Source of the DNA: a virus
Taxonomy: Duplodnaviria; Caudoviricetes
Direction: 5' to 3' (one strand)
IMG/VR virus record: IMGVR_UViG_3300030389_002546
Location: 1 to 29,011 of that record
Length of the DNA: 29,011 nucleotides
Part shown: positions 17,234 through 25,444 of the stretch, piece by piece
Layout of the letters: every line of letters begins with the position of its first letter
Position numbering within the stretch: position 1 is the stretch's first letter
The notes under the pieces: model-generated
Database searches by the model: none
What the model was told of the DNA's origin: nothing
What the model saw: only the letters and a program-made list of their open reading frames with translations
Position numbers and translations under genes: made by a program

Positions 17234-18578
17234 TTCTACAATATTTATCCATGTTTATATTATATGTATATCCAAGTTCATTAAGTATTCTTTTTATCTT
17301 GGTCATTGGAAAAGATTGACTAGCATATCCTAATCTAAATATGTAATTTTTAAACTCTGTCAAATCAATGACACTATGTTTTGCTACATATTCTTGTATT
17401 TTAACTTTCGTAGTTTGTTTTTTTATTTTGTTAAATACATCACCATACTCATCTTCTTGTCTTAAACTCATAAATAACTTATCTATTTTTGTTGCATGTG
17501 TTTCCAATAACAGCTTATTACTTTCTTTATATTTATACTCTCTGGTATTATCCTGTAATAATTTTGCTATAATTTCATACTGTTCTTCTTCATTATTAAA
17601 TAGATATGGATAGTTTTTATCTACTAACTCTGGAAAAGTAACTTTATTTGGTGCAATTACAAGTTGGTCATTCATTATACTTTCTGCTACACTTATACAA
17701 AATGTTTCATGCCTACTATTTATTACGTTTGCATGGCATTTGGATAACTCTTTAAGATAATCGCTATGTAAACTAAATGACTTTATTTCTACATATGGCT
17801 TATTTTCTATGGCTCCTAAGTTGCCTTTATCTCCTGCTGTGACTATAACTTTAAATGTATATTTTTCATATAGTCGGTCAAACATCTCAAATGTGTTCTT
17901 CCAATTTTTGTATCCATCTAACCTATGATTATAGATAAAAGTATACATGTGATATTTTTCATCTGTTTCTATTCTGTTACAATAACCACCTATTTCCACT
18001 TTACAAGTATCTTTTAATAATTGTAGTTGTTTTTTGTTAAGTATATCCTCTGCTTCTTCCATTAGCATATTGTAACAATGTTGCGTATGAAAATAATTTA
18101 TATCTACAGTCATACTTCCTATAATTTGGTCTAACATTATATGTTTACATGGTAAATAACTTGTCAGATGTTCTAAACTTCTATGTATAACGTAATGATG
18201 ATAGTTAAATACTTTCATTCTTGACTTCTCTAGTAAAGTGTCTTGGAAATACTTAAAATGATGTCCTCTTTCCACCACATTATTCCATACTATGTCAATA
18301 GCATATTTCTTAAATATTTCTCTTATGATATTTGTGTTAAAATGAATTACTTGGTGTTTTTTACCTCTAGGAAAAGGCATCTTAATTATCTTTATATTTT
18401 TATCTATATCATCTTGGTAGTATTTTCTATTGCTGTCAAGGATAAGAAAAAAATTGTAGTTATCTGTTTTTATAAGTTCATTACATAATTGTTTTATGAT
18501 TATATAATTGCTATCTGCGTTCATATTATCCACAGAGAACATTGGATATATCAGTATATTTAGTTTTGTATTTTGCAT
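17220..18578 (-). CDS. GT-B fold (GT4-like) glycosyltransferase
   Basis: E-X7-E motif ETFCISVAE, FIYNHRLDGYKN and VIAPNKVTFPELV. Confidence 0.8.
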   Translation of the reverse strand: MQNTKLNILIYPMFSVDNMNADSNYIIIKQLCNELIKTDNYNFFLILDSNRKYYQDDIDKNIKIIKMPFPRGKKHQVIHFNTNIIREIFKKYAIDIVWNNVVERGHHFKYFQDTLLEKSRMKVFNYHHYVIHRSLEHLTSYLPCKHIMLDQIIGSMTVDINYFHTQHCYNMLMEEAEDILNKKQLQLLKDTCKVEIGGYCNRIETDEKYHMYTFIYNHRLDGYKNWKNTFEMFDRLYEKYTFKVIVTAGDKGNLGAIENKPYVEIKSFSLHSDYLKELSKCHANVINSRHETFCISVAESIMNDQLVIAPNKVTFPELVDKNYPYLFNNEEEQYEIIAKLLQDNTREYKYKESNKLLLETHATKIDKLFMSLRQEDEYGDVFNKIKKQTTKVKIQEYVAKHSVIDLTEFKNYIFRLGYASQSFPMTKIKRILNELGYTYNINMDKYCRNGTK

Positions 18579-19093
18579 ACTATTTTGTCGTATAAGTTTG
18601 TTAATTTATCTAATTCTGGTCTTATTCTGCTAAATTCATCTTTAGGTATTTTCATTGTTACTATAACCTCACTTAAATCATAAGTTTCGTTTTCATCCAT
18701 AAGTTTCTCCTCTGCAAATATATCATCTGTATTTTGCCATACATCCATACCCCATGATTCTAAATCTGCTGTACTCCATTCATTACCTAACATATCCCAA
18801 TTCCACTCTCCAAAATTAACATTGTCTTTAATTACAAATTCTTTTTTTTTTTCGTCAGTTAAATCCTTTGCTTCATATATCCATATATCTTTTAATCCTG
18901 CTTCTTTACATGCTTTCCATCTCATATTTCCACCAAGTATAGTCATATTTTCATCTACCACTATTGGTCTTATTTTTAGCATCTCTGGAAAATTTTGTAA
19001 ACTTTCTACTAACTTTCTAAATTTACTATCCTTAACTATTCTTGGATTGTTTGGATTGCCTTTTATTTTGTAGGTCTTTATCTGTTTTATCAT
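18560..19093 (-). CDS. ParB/Srx N-terminal-domain protein
   Basis: NPNNPR...LVESLQNFPEMLKIRPIVVDENMTILGGNMRWKAC...FVIKDNVNFGEW. Confidence 0.85.
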   Translation of the reverse strand: MIKQIKTYKIKGNPNNPRIVKDSKFRKLVESLQNFPEMLKIRPIVVDENMTILGGNMRWKACKEAGLKDIWIYEAKDLTDEKKKEFVIKDNVNFGEWNWDMLGNEWSTADLESWGMDVWQNTDDIFAEEKLMDENETYDLSEVIVTMKIPKDEFSRIRPELDKLTNLYDKIVCKIQN

Positions 19094-19235
19094 TTTTATC
19101 TGTTTTTGGTTCTATTTTGTCTGTGTATTCTGCTAAAGCTTGGTTTTTTGTCGTATCAATTATAAGTTCTATCATAAATACACCTATTATAAGTAAAAAT
19201 CCAATGCCAATAAGTAAAAGAAATATCATGAACAT
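19032..19235 (-). CDS. Small membrane protein
   Basis: N-terminal ~25-residue hydrophobic stretch followed by a charged tail. Confidence 0.55.
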   Translation of the reverse strand: MFMIFLLLIGIGFLLIIGVFMIELIIDTTKNQALAEYTDKIEPKTDKNDKTDKDLQNKRQSKQSKNS

Positions 19236-19453
19236 TTTTCTAGTTTTCTAATTCTTTCTGTGTTGTTTAATCTACGCTTTAACTCATTGCTTATTGTTTT
19301 GCGTATAAAAACTTCATTAATATTAAACTTTTCTTCCATTTCTTTAGAACTATTTGCATGAGGATTATTAAAAAAATATTTAATAATTTTCTTTGCTAAC
19401 ATTTTGTATTGTCTTTGTGAAAGTATTTTTTTATTTTTCATAATATTTATCAT
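19226..19453 (-). CDS. Hypothetical basic protein, possible HTH
   Basis: SSKEMEEKFNINEVFIRKTI resembles an HTH; true start may lie slightly downstream. Confidence 0.5.
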   Translation of the reverse strand: MINIMKNKKILSQRQYKMLAKKIIKYFFNNPHANSSKEMEEKFNINEVFIRKTISNELKRRLNNTERIRKLEKCS

Positions 19454-19799
19454 ATAATTTTTTCATTGCATTATACATTTGATTTAAGCAACTAACACAA
19501 TTTGTATTGGTTTTAAAGTTAGTCTTATATATTTTATTGTATAACTCCACAAATTTTTTTTTAGTTTCTACATCAGGGGCTTTACCTGTTTTTATTTTTT
19601 GCCATATGCAAAGTATTTCTTCTTTTAAATTTTCTTCCTTGTTTTTATAAGGAAACATTTCGTTAAGTTTTTTTTGCCTTTCATCACAACCACAATCTTC
19701 TTTACCAACTGCATTAGCTATTTTTTTTGCTAACTTATCTATCTTGGTTGCTGATGTTATTTTTTTTATTGTATCTCCTAAACCTTTACTCTTGGTCAT
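19431..19799 (-). CDS. Conserved phage protein with CGC and CxxC motifs
   Basis: SKGLGDTIKKIT...DCGCDERQKKLN...TNCVSC; follows the sigma gene. Confidence 0.65.
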   Translation of the reverse strand: MTKSKGLGDTIKKITSATKIDKLAKKIANAVGKEDCGCDERQKKLNEMFPYKNKEENLKEEILCIWQKIKTGKAPDVETKKKFVELYNKIYKTNFKTNTNCVSCLNQMYNAMKKLYDKYYEK

Positions 19800-20325
19800 C
19801 TAGTTCTTCTTTTATTTCCTGTCTTATCTTATTTATTGTATTATATATACTATTTCTACTAATACCTGTTTTTTCTGCTAAACTATCCAAAGTGTTGTTT
19901 TCATAGTAATATAATTTAAATATTTCTTTATCATACCAATATTTAGTATCTAATATTTCATCTATTTTTTCTAAGTATTGCCATTTTATATCAGGTGCCT
20001 CATTCGGTATATTTTTATAAGGTTTCACACCTGCAGTAGCAGAGTAGTTCCAACTAATATTTTCATAATATTTTTTGTATTTATAATAGTATGGACTTTT
20101 TGTGCTATGAACAGAACGCCTCATAACCACTCCTGCATACCTTAACAAACCATCTTTACCATCTTTATCATAAATCTTTTGTAATGTTGTTTGGTTCATT
20201 TGCAACATATATACTAATGTTTCTTGTACGATTTCCTGTATTTCATTATAATCCTTAATTAGTCCATATGCCATATATACCATTGTTTGCCTAAGATTAG
20301 CAATTATATTATGCAATTCATTCAT
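19786..20325 (-). CDS. ECF-like sigma-70 family factor (putative late sigma)
   Basis: Region 2-like IQEIVQET and region 4 HTH DKEIFKLYY...TLDSLAEKTGISRNSIYNTINKIR; 179 aa. Confidence 0.7.
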   Translation of the reverse strand: MNELHNIIANLRQTMVYMAYGLIKDYNEIQEIVQETLVYMLQMNQTTLQKIYDKDGKDGLLRYAGVVMRRSVHSTKSPYYYKYKKYYENISWNYSATAGVKPYKNIPNEAPDIKWQYLEKIDEILDTKYWYDKEIFKLYYYENNTLDSLAEKTGISRNSIYNTINKIRQEIKEELDDQE

Positions 20326-20674
20326 TTATAGGTTCTATTTCTATGAGTGATTTAATAATTTCCTCTGTTTTTGCACCTATGAGAAATTTAAAACTATTTA
20401 TTTTGTTAGAATTTTTTTTTGTTCGTATTGCAGATAGATATGCCTGTGTAAGTAATGATAAATTTATTGGTATAATAAATAGAAAATCTTGCCAATTACC
20501 TACATGAGTACCAATTTTGTAGCTATTGTGATATTCTAACAATAAATCAAGTATTTCTTCATATTCCTTACATTTTTGCTTGGTAGATACTTCTGTTACG
20601 AATCCTAAAAGTAAGTGTATATAATCTAGGATTAATATTTTATGTAACTCATTTACAAAATCTATTTTCCTCAC
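20318..20674 (-). CDS. Hypothetical protein (118 aa)
   Basis: GTG-start ORF overlapping the sigma gene start. Confidence 0.55.
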   Translation of the reverse strand: MRKIDFVNELHKILILDYIHLLLGFVTEVSTKQKCKEYEEILDLLLEYHNSYKIGTHVGNWQDFLFIIPINLSLLTQAYLSAIRTKKNSNKINSFKFLIGAKTEEIIKSLIEIEPINE

Positions 20675-20695
20675 ACTTAAATATATACTTATTTG

Positions 20696-21100
20696 TTAGT
20701 CAATACCTTTGGTATTTTTTAAGTTTTTAACAAGGTTTTGGTAATAACTTATATCTTCTTTGTACTCACCTCTAGTACGTTTCATAGTTGAGTTAGCTAA
20801 ATTTGTTAGATATTCCACTTCTTCAACGCCAAACTCCATACTTAATTTTGTTCCAAATTTGTATTGTTCGCCTTGTTCATACATATTGCATTTTACACAT
20901 TGTACTTGACAATTAGTAGTATTCCATCTTGTTGTATGATATCTACGACTTAGGAAATGACCACATTGCATTTTTTTGTAATGGTCTATCTTACCACAAG
21001 TATAGCATTCTGTATATCCATTTTCATCTGCATATCTTAAACGTATATACAAACTAAACCATTTGTCTAAATCCTTTTTAAGTTTGCTTAACGTTTTCAA
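20696..21100 (-). CDS. ninG: NinG/Rap-like HNH-type endonuclease
   Basis: LDKWFSLYIRLR, CYTCG, QCGHFLSR and NCQVQCVKCN. Confidence 0.85.
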   Translation of the reverse strand: MKTLSKLKKDLDKWFSLYIRLRYADENGYTECYTCGKIDHYKKMQCGHFLSRRYHTTRWNTTNCQVQCVKCNMYEQGEQYKFGTKLSMEFGVEEVEYLTNLANSTMKRTRGEYKEDISYYQNLVKNLKNTKGID

Positions 21101-21356
21101 TAAATTTTCTTACGTTGTCAATAATATCCATTCTTAATTTATATTCTACGATTTGTGCCATTTTGGTTTCGCCATTTTGTTTTTTATAGCGTGTTGGCAC
21201 TTCTACAGGAATAGAATCTATTTCATATCCTTGTTGTCGTAGTCTATAAATTATACCAGATAACCTATAGGCGCCATAATTATTTATAGCTTCTTTTTGT
21301 GTTAATCTACGTCCATCCTTTAAATGTTGTAGTATATCATTTGTTTGTGTTTCCAT
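21078..21356 (-). CDS. Winged HTH protein
   Basis: ILQHLKDGRRLTQKEA...YRLSGIIYRLRQQGYEI. Confidence 0.7.
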   Translation of the reverse strand: METQTNDILQHLKDGRRLTQKEAINNYGAYRLSGIIYRLRQQGYEIDSIPVEVPTRYKKQNGETKMAQIVEYKLRMDIIDNVRKFIENVKQT

Positions 21357-21684
21357 TATTTAATAAATTTTGTTTGTAATATTTAACTTCCTCTGGCTTC
21401 CTGCCCATTGTATGAACTTCATAATAGGCTTCATTTAATCTTTTTTTATGCTCAAGGCACCAACGATAAAACGTACGAATATTTAAAAAACTATCTTTTG
21501 TATCTATTCTTACTCCTAATCTAAATGCCTCATCTACATCTTGTATCGTTAATCTTTTTAACCTGTTATCGTTTTGTAAATCATAAGTAAATGTTTTAGT
21601 TAATATTGCTAATGTTTTTCCATCTGTTTTAAATCCTAACTCTATTGCTGTGCGAGATATAATATCATATAGTTTGTCTTTCAT
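21337..21684 (-). CDS. Hypothetical replication-associated protein (possible helicase loader)
   Basis: Coupled by ATGA to the initiator gene, in the lambda-P position; LTIQDVDEAFRLG...FLNIRTFYRW. Confidence 0.45.
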   Translation of the reverse strand: MKDKLYDIISRTAIELGFKTDGKTLAILTKTFTYDLQNDNRLKRLTIQDVDEAFRLGVRIDTKDSFLNIRTFYRWCLEHKKRLNEAYYEVHTMGRKPEEVKYYKQNLLNNGNTNK

Positions 21685-22334
21685 AAGTATTGTTTGCCTT
21701 TTTCATATTCGTTTAATTGTATATCTATTTTAGATAATGTTTGTATTTTGTTTTTATTTAGTGTATTGTTAGATATATTTGTTTTGTTTCTTCTTTCCCA
21801 TGTCCTAACACTAGCTTTCCAATCTTTCATTTTATTTTTACCAACCATCCAATTTTTACTATCATAAAAATCACAAAACGCCTCTGCATCAACGTTATTT
21901 TCTCTCTCAATACAATAATTTTTAACTTGTAAAATTGTTGGTCTCTTAAAATATTTATTATTTATTTTTATTTCTTTATTATTATTATTAGTTATTAAGT
22001 TATTATAGTCCTTGTTATTAAGAAACTTAACAAGTACTTCTGTATTTATTTTGTAATGCATTTTAGCAGGTATGCCTTTCCTTTTTGTTTCTATAATTTG
22101 TAACTCTTTTAAGTATTGCAAAGCTTTTCTTTGTTGATGCGGACTTAATGTAGTATCGTCTTGTATATTTTTTTCAGTATTAAAAAACCAACCATCCACT
22201 AACAGATGATTGGTTTCAAAATACTGCTCTTTACTAATTAAATCTGCTAAAATGATTGTAGGTTTTAAACCTATTTGCTTAACCAAATTTTTATTAACGA
22301 TAAGGAAAGCAGAGCTGCTTAGTAAATGTTTCAT
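21681..22334 (-). CDS. Putative replication initiator (N-terminal wHTH, conserved C-terminal domain)
   Basis: N-terminal wHTH-like domain, Asn-rich linker, C-terminal FCDFYDSKNWMVGKNKMKDWKASVRTWE. Confidence 0.65.
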   Translation of the reverse strand: MKHLLSSSAFLIVNKNLVKQIGLKPTIILADLISKEQYFETNHLLVDGWFFNTEKNIQDDTTLSPHQQRKALQYLKELQIIETKRKGIPAKMHYKINTEVLVKFLNNKDYNNLITNNNNKEIKINNKYFKRPTILQVKNYCIERENNVDAEAFCDFYDSKNWMVGKNKMKDWKASVRTWERRNKTNISNNTLNKNKIQTLSKIDIQLNEYEKGKQYL

Positions 22335-22849
22335 ACTTCTATATTTATTGTATGTTCAAATTTATACATAATACCTTTAACCAATTCAATAGTTTTTGTG
22401 AATGATTTGTAGTCGCTATTTATAGTGTAATTAAAATATTTAGATGTAATAAATATTCTAACTTGTATAACATCTACCTCTGGTATATCATGTTTGCTTA
22501 ACTCATGCAAAAAATGTCTTTTAGAAATATGATAAAGTTTTTTATTATGATATGCATTATAGACTGCATCAAAATAATTTCTATATAATGGCCATGTTGC
22601 AAAATATATCTTATGTTTCTTTTCATAATGATATATATTTGACCTCGTTCTATTTACAACCTTAGCAATAGTGGTATAATGTATCCTTTTCTCAAATCTT
22701 GCTATATTACAAGCAATAATTCTTGCTAAGTTTATATTTTGTTTCCTAGAATCGTTATATAAGTCCATTTTGTTCAATCCACAAATTTTTGTAGTTATAT
22801 CACAAATATTTAGAAACTCATCCTCATCTGTAATTGCAATTTTTTTCAT
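22331..22849 (-). CDS. DnaA C-terminal-like HTH protein
   Basis: SRKQNINLARIIAC...YTTIAKVVNRTRSNIYHY resembles DnaA domain IV. Confidence 0.55.
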   Translation of the reverse strand: MKKIAITDEDEFLNICDITTKICGLNKMDLYNDSRKQNINLARIIACNIARFEKRIHYTTIAKVVNRTRSNIYHYEKKHKIYFATWPLYRNYFDAVYNAYHNKKLYHISKRHFLHELSKHDIPEVDVIQVRIFITSKYFNYTINSDYKSFTKTIELVKGIMYKFEHTINIEV

Positions 22850-22851
22850 AA

Positions 22852-23319
22852 TTAAAACTCAGAAAATGCAGAGTTAGACAAAGAATTTGGAACATTAGTA
22901 TGTGTTTTACCACTTATTATCCATGTAGTAAATATTTCTGCTGTATCAATTACCTCATTAGGAGAACATTTACTAGAATCACAATAATTTGTTGCATTAT
23001 ATAATCCTACTTGCCTTGCAATAACAAGCTCTTTTCTTGTATCCTTTGCTTCCCAATCTTGTTTAGTCATTTTATCATCTTTTTTAAGATAATTGTTAAA
23101 CTCTTCACGCATTGGACTAACTGACTTTGCTTTAGTATATTCGTGCTGTCCTAAATCACCAGTAAACTCGTATGTTAATTCATAACCTACCTCTTGTTTT
23201 TTTGTTTTACCTATGTCTAATTTATCGCCATTATCCATAATTAGTTTGTGATATAGTATATTGTATTTACCAAATGGTTCGCCAACGCTTACCACTTCTT
23301 TTATTTTAGCTGTTTTCAT
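22852..23319 (-). CDS. Hypothetical protein (possible ssDNA-binding protein)
   Basis: OB-like beta N-terminus, IARQ motif and C-terminal Phe; located in the replication module. Confidence 0.35.
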   Translation of the reverse strand: MKTAKIKEVVSVGEPFGKYNILYHKLIMDNGDKLDIGKTKKQEVGYELTYEFTGDLGQHEYTKAKSVSPMREEFNNYLKKDDKMTKQDWEAKDTRKELVIARQVGLYNATNYCDSSKCSPNEVIDTAEIFTTWIISGKTHTNVPNSLSNSAFSEF

Positions 23320-23548
23320 GTTTATCTATTTTAAATTGTTGCCTACTATTAAGGGGTTCGGCATTCCCTAATTTATCTATGTGTTTTTTAAGTTGTTCTT
23401 TAATATAATTTATATCTATCCATTCCAAAAATTCGTAAGCAGGTATAACAATAGTAAAATCTTTACCATTACTATCTGTACCAGATAGCATAAATTCTCC
23501 ATTTGCACACATCATAGTATGTATATCATGTAAACTTTCAAATCTCAT
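23306..23548 (-). CDS. Hypothetical protein (80 aa)
   Basis: Overlap-coupled ORF. Confidence 0.6.
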   Translation of the reverse strand: MRFESLHDIHTMMCANGEFMLSGTDSNGKDFTIVIPAYEFLEWIDINYIKEQLKKHIDKLGNAEPLNSRQQFKIDKHENS

Positions 23549-23829
23549 CTAATAATAATTACTAAAGGTTTAGGATTGCTTTCGTACATTTCCATATAAT
23601 ATTCTCTTTTCTCACTATTTTGCAAATCATACTCATAAACTCCTCTGCTTTCCCAATTTTGTTTAGCAGTATAATCTGCAATTTCTTTTTCTGTACCAAT
23701 AAGTCTAACATAATTTGCAGAGCCAATATCGTTATAATAGTCGTTGGTAAGTGCATCCTGTCTTTGTACACCAATTTGGACGCCTTGCTTTAGTAAATAA
23801 TCCTCTGCTATAACCATTAAATCATCCAT
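23545..23829 (-). CDS. Hypothetical protein (94 aa)
   Basis: Overlap-coupled ORF. Confidence 0.6.
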   Translation of the reverse strand: MDDLMVIAEDYLLKQGVQIGVQRQDALTNDYYNDIGSANYVRLIGTEKEIADYTAKQNWESRGVYEYDLQNSEKREYYMEMYESNPKPLVIIIR

Positions 23830-24077
23830 AGCTCCTGTATTAATTTAGTGACTAAATAACCTAATAGAAATATAAGCGTAAAAAGAACAATCTTATAGTC
23901 GTATTTATCCATAAATCTGTGAAATTTATTTTTGTAAAATGTTTCTATACGATAAACAGGTTTAGAAAAAGTATGATTGCTATTTGCTCTAAAGAACCTG
24001 TCAAGTTCGTCTGTTGTAAGATTTTTGGCAACCACATTGCCTGTATCTTTGTGATATATATTGTGTAATGTTTCCAT
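23817..24077 (-). CDS. Hypothetical protein with a C-terminal TM helix
   Basis: IVLFTLIFLLGYLV; A-rich leader. Confidence 0.65.
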   Translation of the reverse strand: METLHNIYHKDTGNVVAKNLTTDELDRFFRANSNHTFSKPVYRIETFYKNKFHRFMDKYDYKIVLFTLIFLLGYLVTKLIQELWMI

Positions 24078-24105
24078 GTGTTTTGTTTTTAATTGTTTTT
24101 ATTAT

Positions 24106-24303
24106 TTATATAAGTTCCCAATCTATTACTTCAGTATAATAAGGGTTATGACCAAATTGTTCAGCGCATAAGTCAGACGCTTTCATTCTAGCTTGCCATT
24201 CTGACTTTGCTTTGACTGTATAAACTATTGTATTTATTTCGTCTGATTTGATCGGATTTTTTTTAACCTCTACTTCTACTATGTATTCATATGTATTTTC
24301 CAT
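24106..24303 (-). CDS. Hypothetical early protein (65 aa)
   Basis: Directly downstream of promoter 24332-24364; A-rich leader. Confidence 0.65.
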   Translation of the reverse strand: MENTYEYIVEVEVKKNPIKSDEINTIVYTVKAKSEWQARMKASDLCAEQFGHNPYYTEVIDWELI

Positions 24304-24331
24304 TTTTTTTGTTTTTGTTTGTTAATATGTG

Positions 24332-24364
24332 TAAATATAAAAAGAAAGTATTGTTCCTGCAACT
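24332..24364 (-). promoter_or_regulatory. Host-sigma early promoter (AGTTGCAGGA...TATATTTA)
   Basis: TTG-N20-TATATTTA; near copy of the promoter at 25291-25323. Confidence 0.6.
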
Positions 24365-24405
24365 TATTTACAAGTATCTGTATAGTAGTTACTAACAATA
24401 TAAAG

Positions 24406-24705
24406 TTAGAATTGTTGTATAATAAATGATTCATTATCAATAGCCCAATAAAAGGTTGCATCCATAATAGCGTCCTCATCTGGATAATCCTCTTTATCGT
24501 AGTCTTTCCAAAACTCTTTTATATCATCATATTCTGTATATTCACAACACAATGCAATAGGGTCAAATTCCATTTCCTGTCCTGTGGATTCCTCATATTC
24601 TTCACAAATTTCCCATAATGCTTTTAATCCTTGCTCCGAGAAATTATTTGGTCTGTTTTTATAGAACCAATCTCTAAATTGGTAATAGTTTACGTTTGTT
24701 TTCAT
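24406..24705 (-). CDS. Highly acidic early protein (99 aa)
   Basis: D/E- and aromatic-rich; EFDPIALCCEYTEY motif. Confidence 0.7.
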   Translation of the reverse strand: MKTNVNYYQFRDWFYKNRPNNFSEQGLKALWEICEEYEESTGQEMEFDPIALCCEYTEYDDIKEFWKDYDKEDYPDEDAIMDATFYWAIDNESFIIQQF

Positions 24706-24711
24706 TTTTTT

Positions 24712-24858
24712 TTAATTTTTAAGTTCATGTTTTGTAATTTTTCTACCTAGCGCTTTTTCAAATGCTTCAATCATTTTTATTTCACATGAAGCATTTCTTT
24801 TGAGTTGTTTAATAACTCTAATCAATTCTCTTTCTGTAAAATCGTATATAACTTTCAT
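24712..24858 (-). CDS. Small early protein (48 aa, MKVIYDFTERELIRV...)
   Basis: Hand-translated from ATG 24858 to TAA 24712; fills the gap. Confidence 0.55.
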   Translation of the reverse strand: MKVIYDFTERELIRVIKQLKRNASCEIKMIEAFEKALGRKITKHELKN

Positions 24859-24869
24859 AACTATAGTTT

Positions 24870-25040
24870 TTATTTGATTATTGTTAATTTATTAATTTCC
24901 CATTTTGGTATCATATCACCATTGCATAATAAAATATTATGTTTATATAACATGATTACTTTTGCAATTTCTGTTCCTGTTTTACCAAACATGAATTCTT
25001 TTTTGTATTGTACTTTTGTTCCTGGTTTTAAATTTTTCAT
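24870..25040 (-). CDS. Small early protein (56 aa, MKNLKPGTKVQYKK...)
   Basis: Hand-translated; poly-A leader; SH3/KOW-like start. Confidence 0.55.
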   Translation of the reverse strand: MKNLKPGTKVQYKKEFMFGKTGTEIAKVIMLYKHNILLCNGDMIPKWEINKLTIIK

Positions 25041-25056
25041 AATTTTTTTTTTTTTA

Positions 25057-25260
25057 TTAATAAATAGGTTGTGGATAATATCCTAGCACTTCAATTTCAG
25101 CAGGAAAAAATGTATTTTTTCTCCTTGCACGAGCTTTAGCAGTAATGATTGCACTACGATTTTTACCCCAAGTAGGTTTAGAAAGTTCAGAAAATATACC
25201 TTGAGAAACATATAAATCAAATGTATGTTTATCCATTTTGTATTTTTGTGTTTTGTTCAT
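25057..25260 (-). CDS. First early protein (67 aa)
   Basis: Immediately downstream of promoter 25291-25323. Confidence 0.6.
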   Translation of the reverse strand: MNKTQKYKMDKHTFDLYVSQGIFSELSKPTWGKNRSAIITAKARARRKNTFFPAEIEVLGYYPQPIY

Positions 25261-25290
25261 TGTTTTGTTTTTTGTTTGTTAATTATTGTA

Positions 25291-25323
25291 CAAATATAAA
25301 CATATTCCATATATCCTGCAACT
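25291..25323 (-). promoter_or_regulatory. Bacteroidota sigma-70 early promoter (TTG-N20-TATATTTG)
   Basis: Matches the -33/-7 consensus and heads the early operon. Confidence 0.7.
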
Positions 25324-25411
25324 ATAAACAACTTTCTGTTTAGTATTTATTAACAGATATCTTGTTAGCAAGTATATACAAAGTACATTTTTTTCTTTAC
25401 AGAACTACTTA

Positions 25412-25419
25412 TATATTTG
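25412..25419 (+). promoter_or_regulatory. Bacteroidota -7 element for the plus-strand gene
   Basis: TATATTTG 25 nt upstream of ATG 25445. Confidence 0.65.
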
Positions 25420-25444
25420 ACCAATAATTACAAAACATTACATT

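Noticed and set aside
1598-19251. Many plus-strand ORFs in the track (e.g. 4296..4745, 6779..7273, 11402..11788, 14200..14628, 15208..15555)
   Set aside because: They are antisense shadows of well-supported minus-strand genes, with Ser/Leu/Phe-rich translations and no motifs.
23562-23774. Nested alternative-frame ORF (70 aa)
   Set aside because: It lies entirely within 23545..23829, which couples to both neighbours; no lipobox or motif.
24279-24479. 66-aa ORF
   Set aside because: It spans a promoter and overlaps two better genes.
24805-25086. Plus-strand 93-aa ORF
   Set aside because: It is antisense to small minus-strand early ORFs that have proper leaders.
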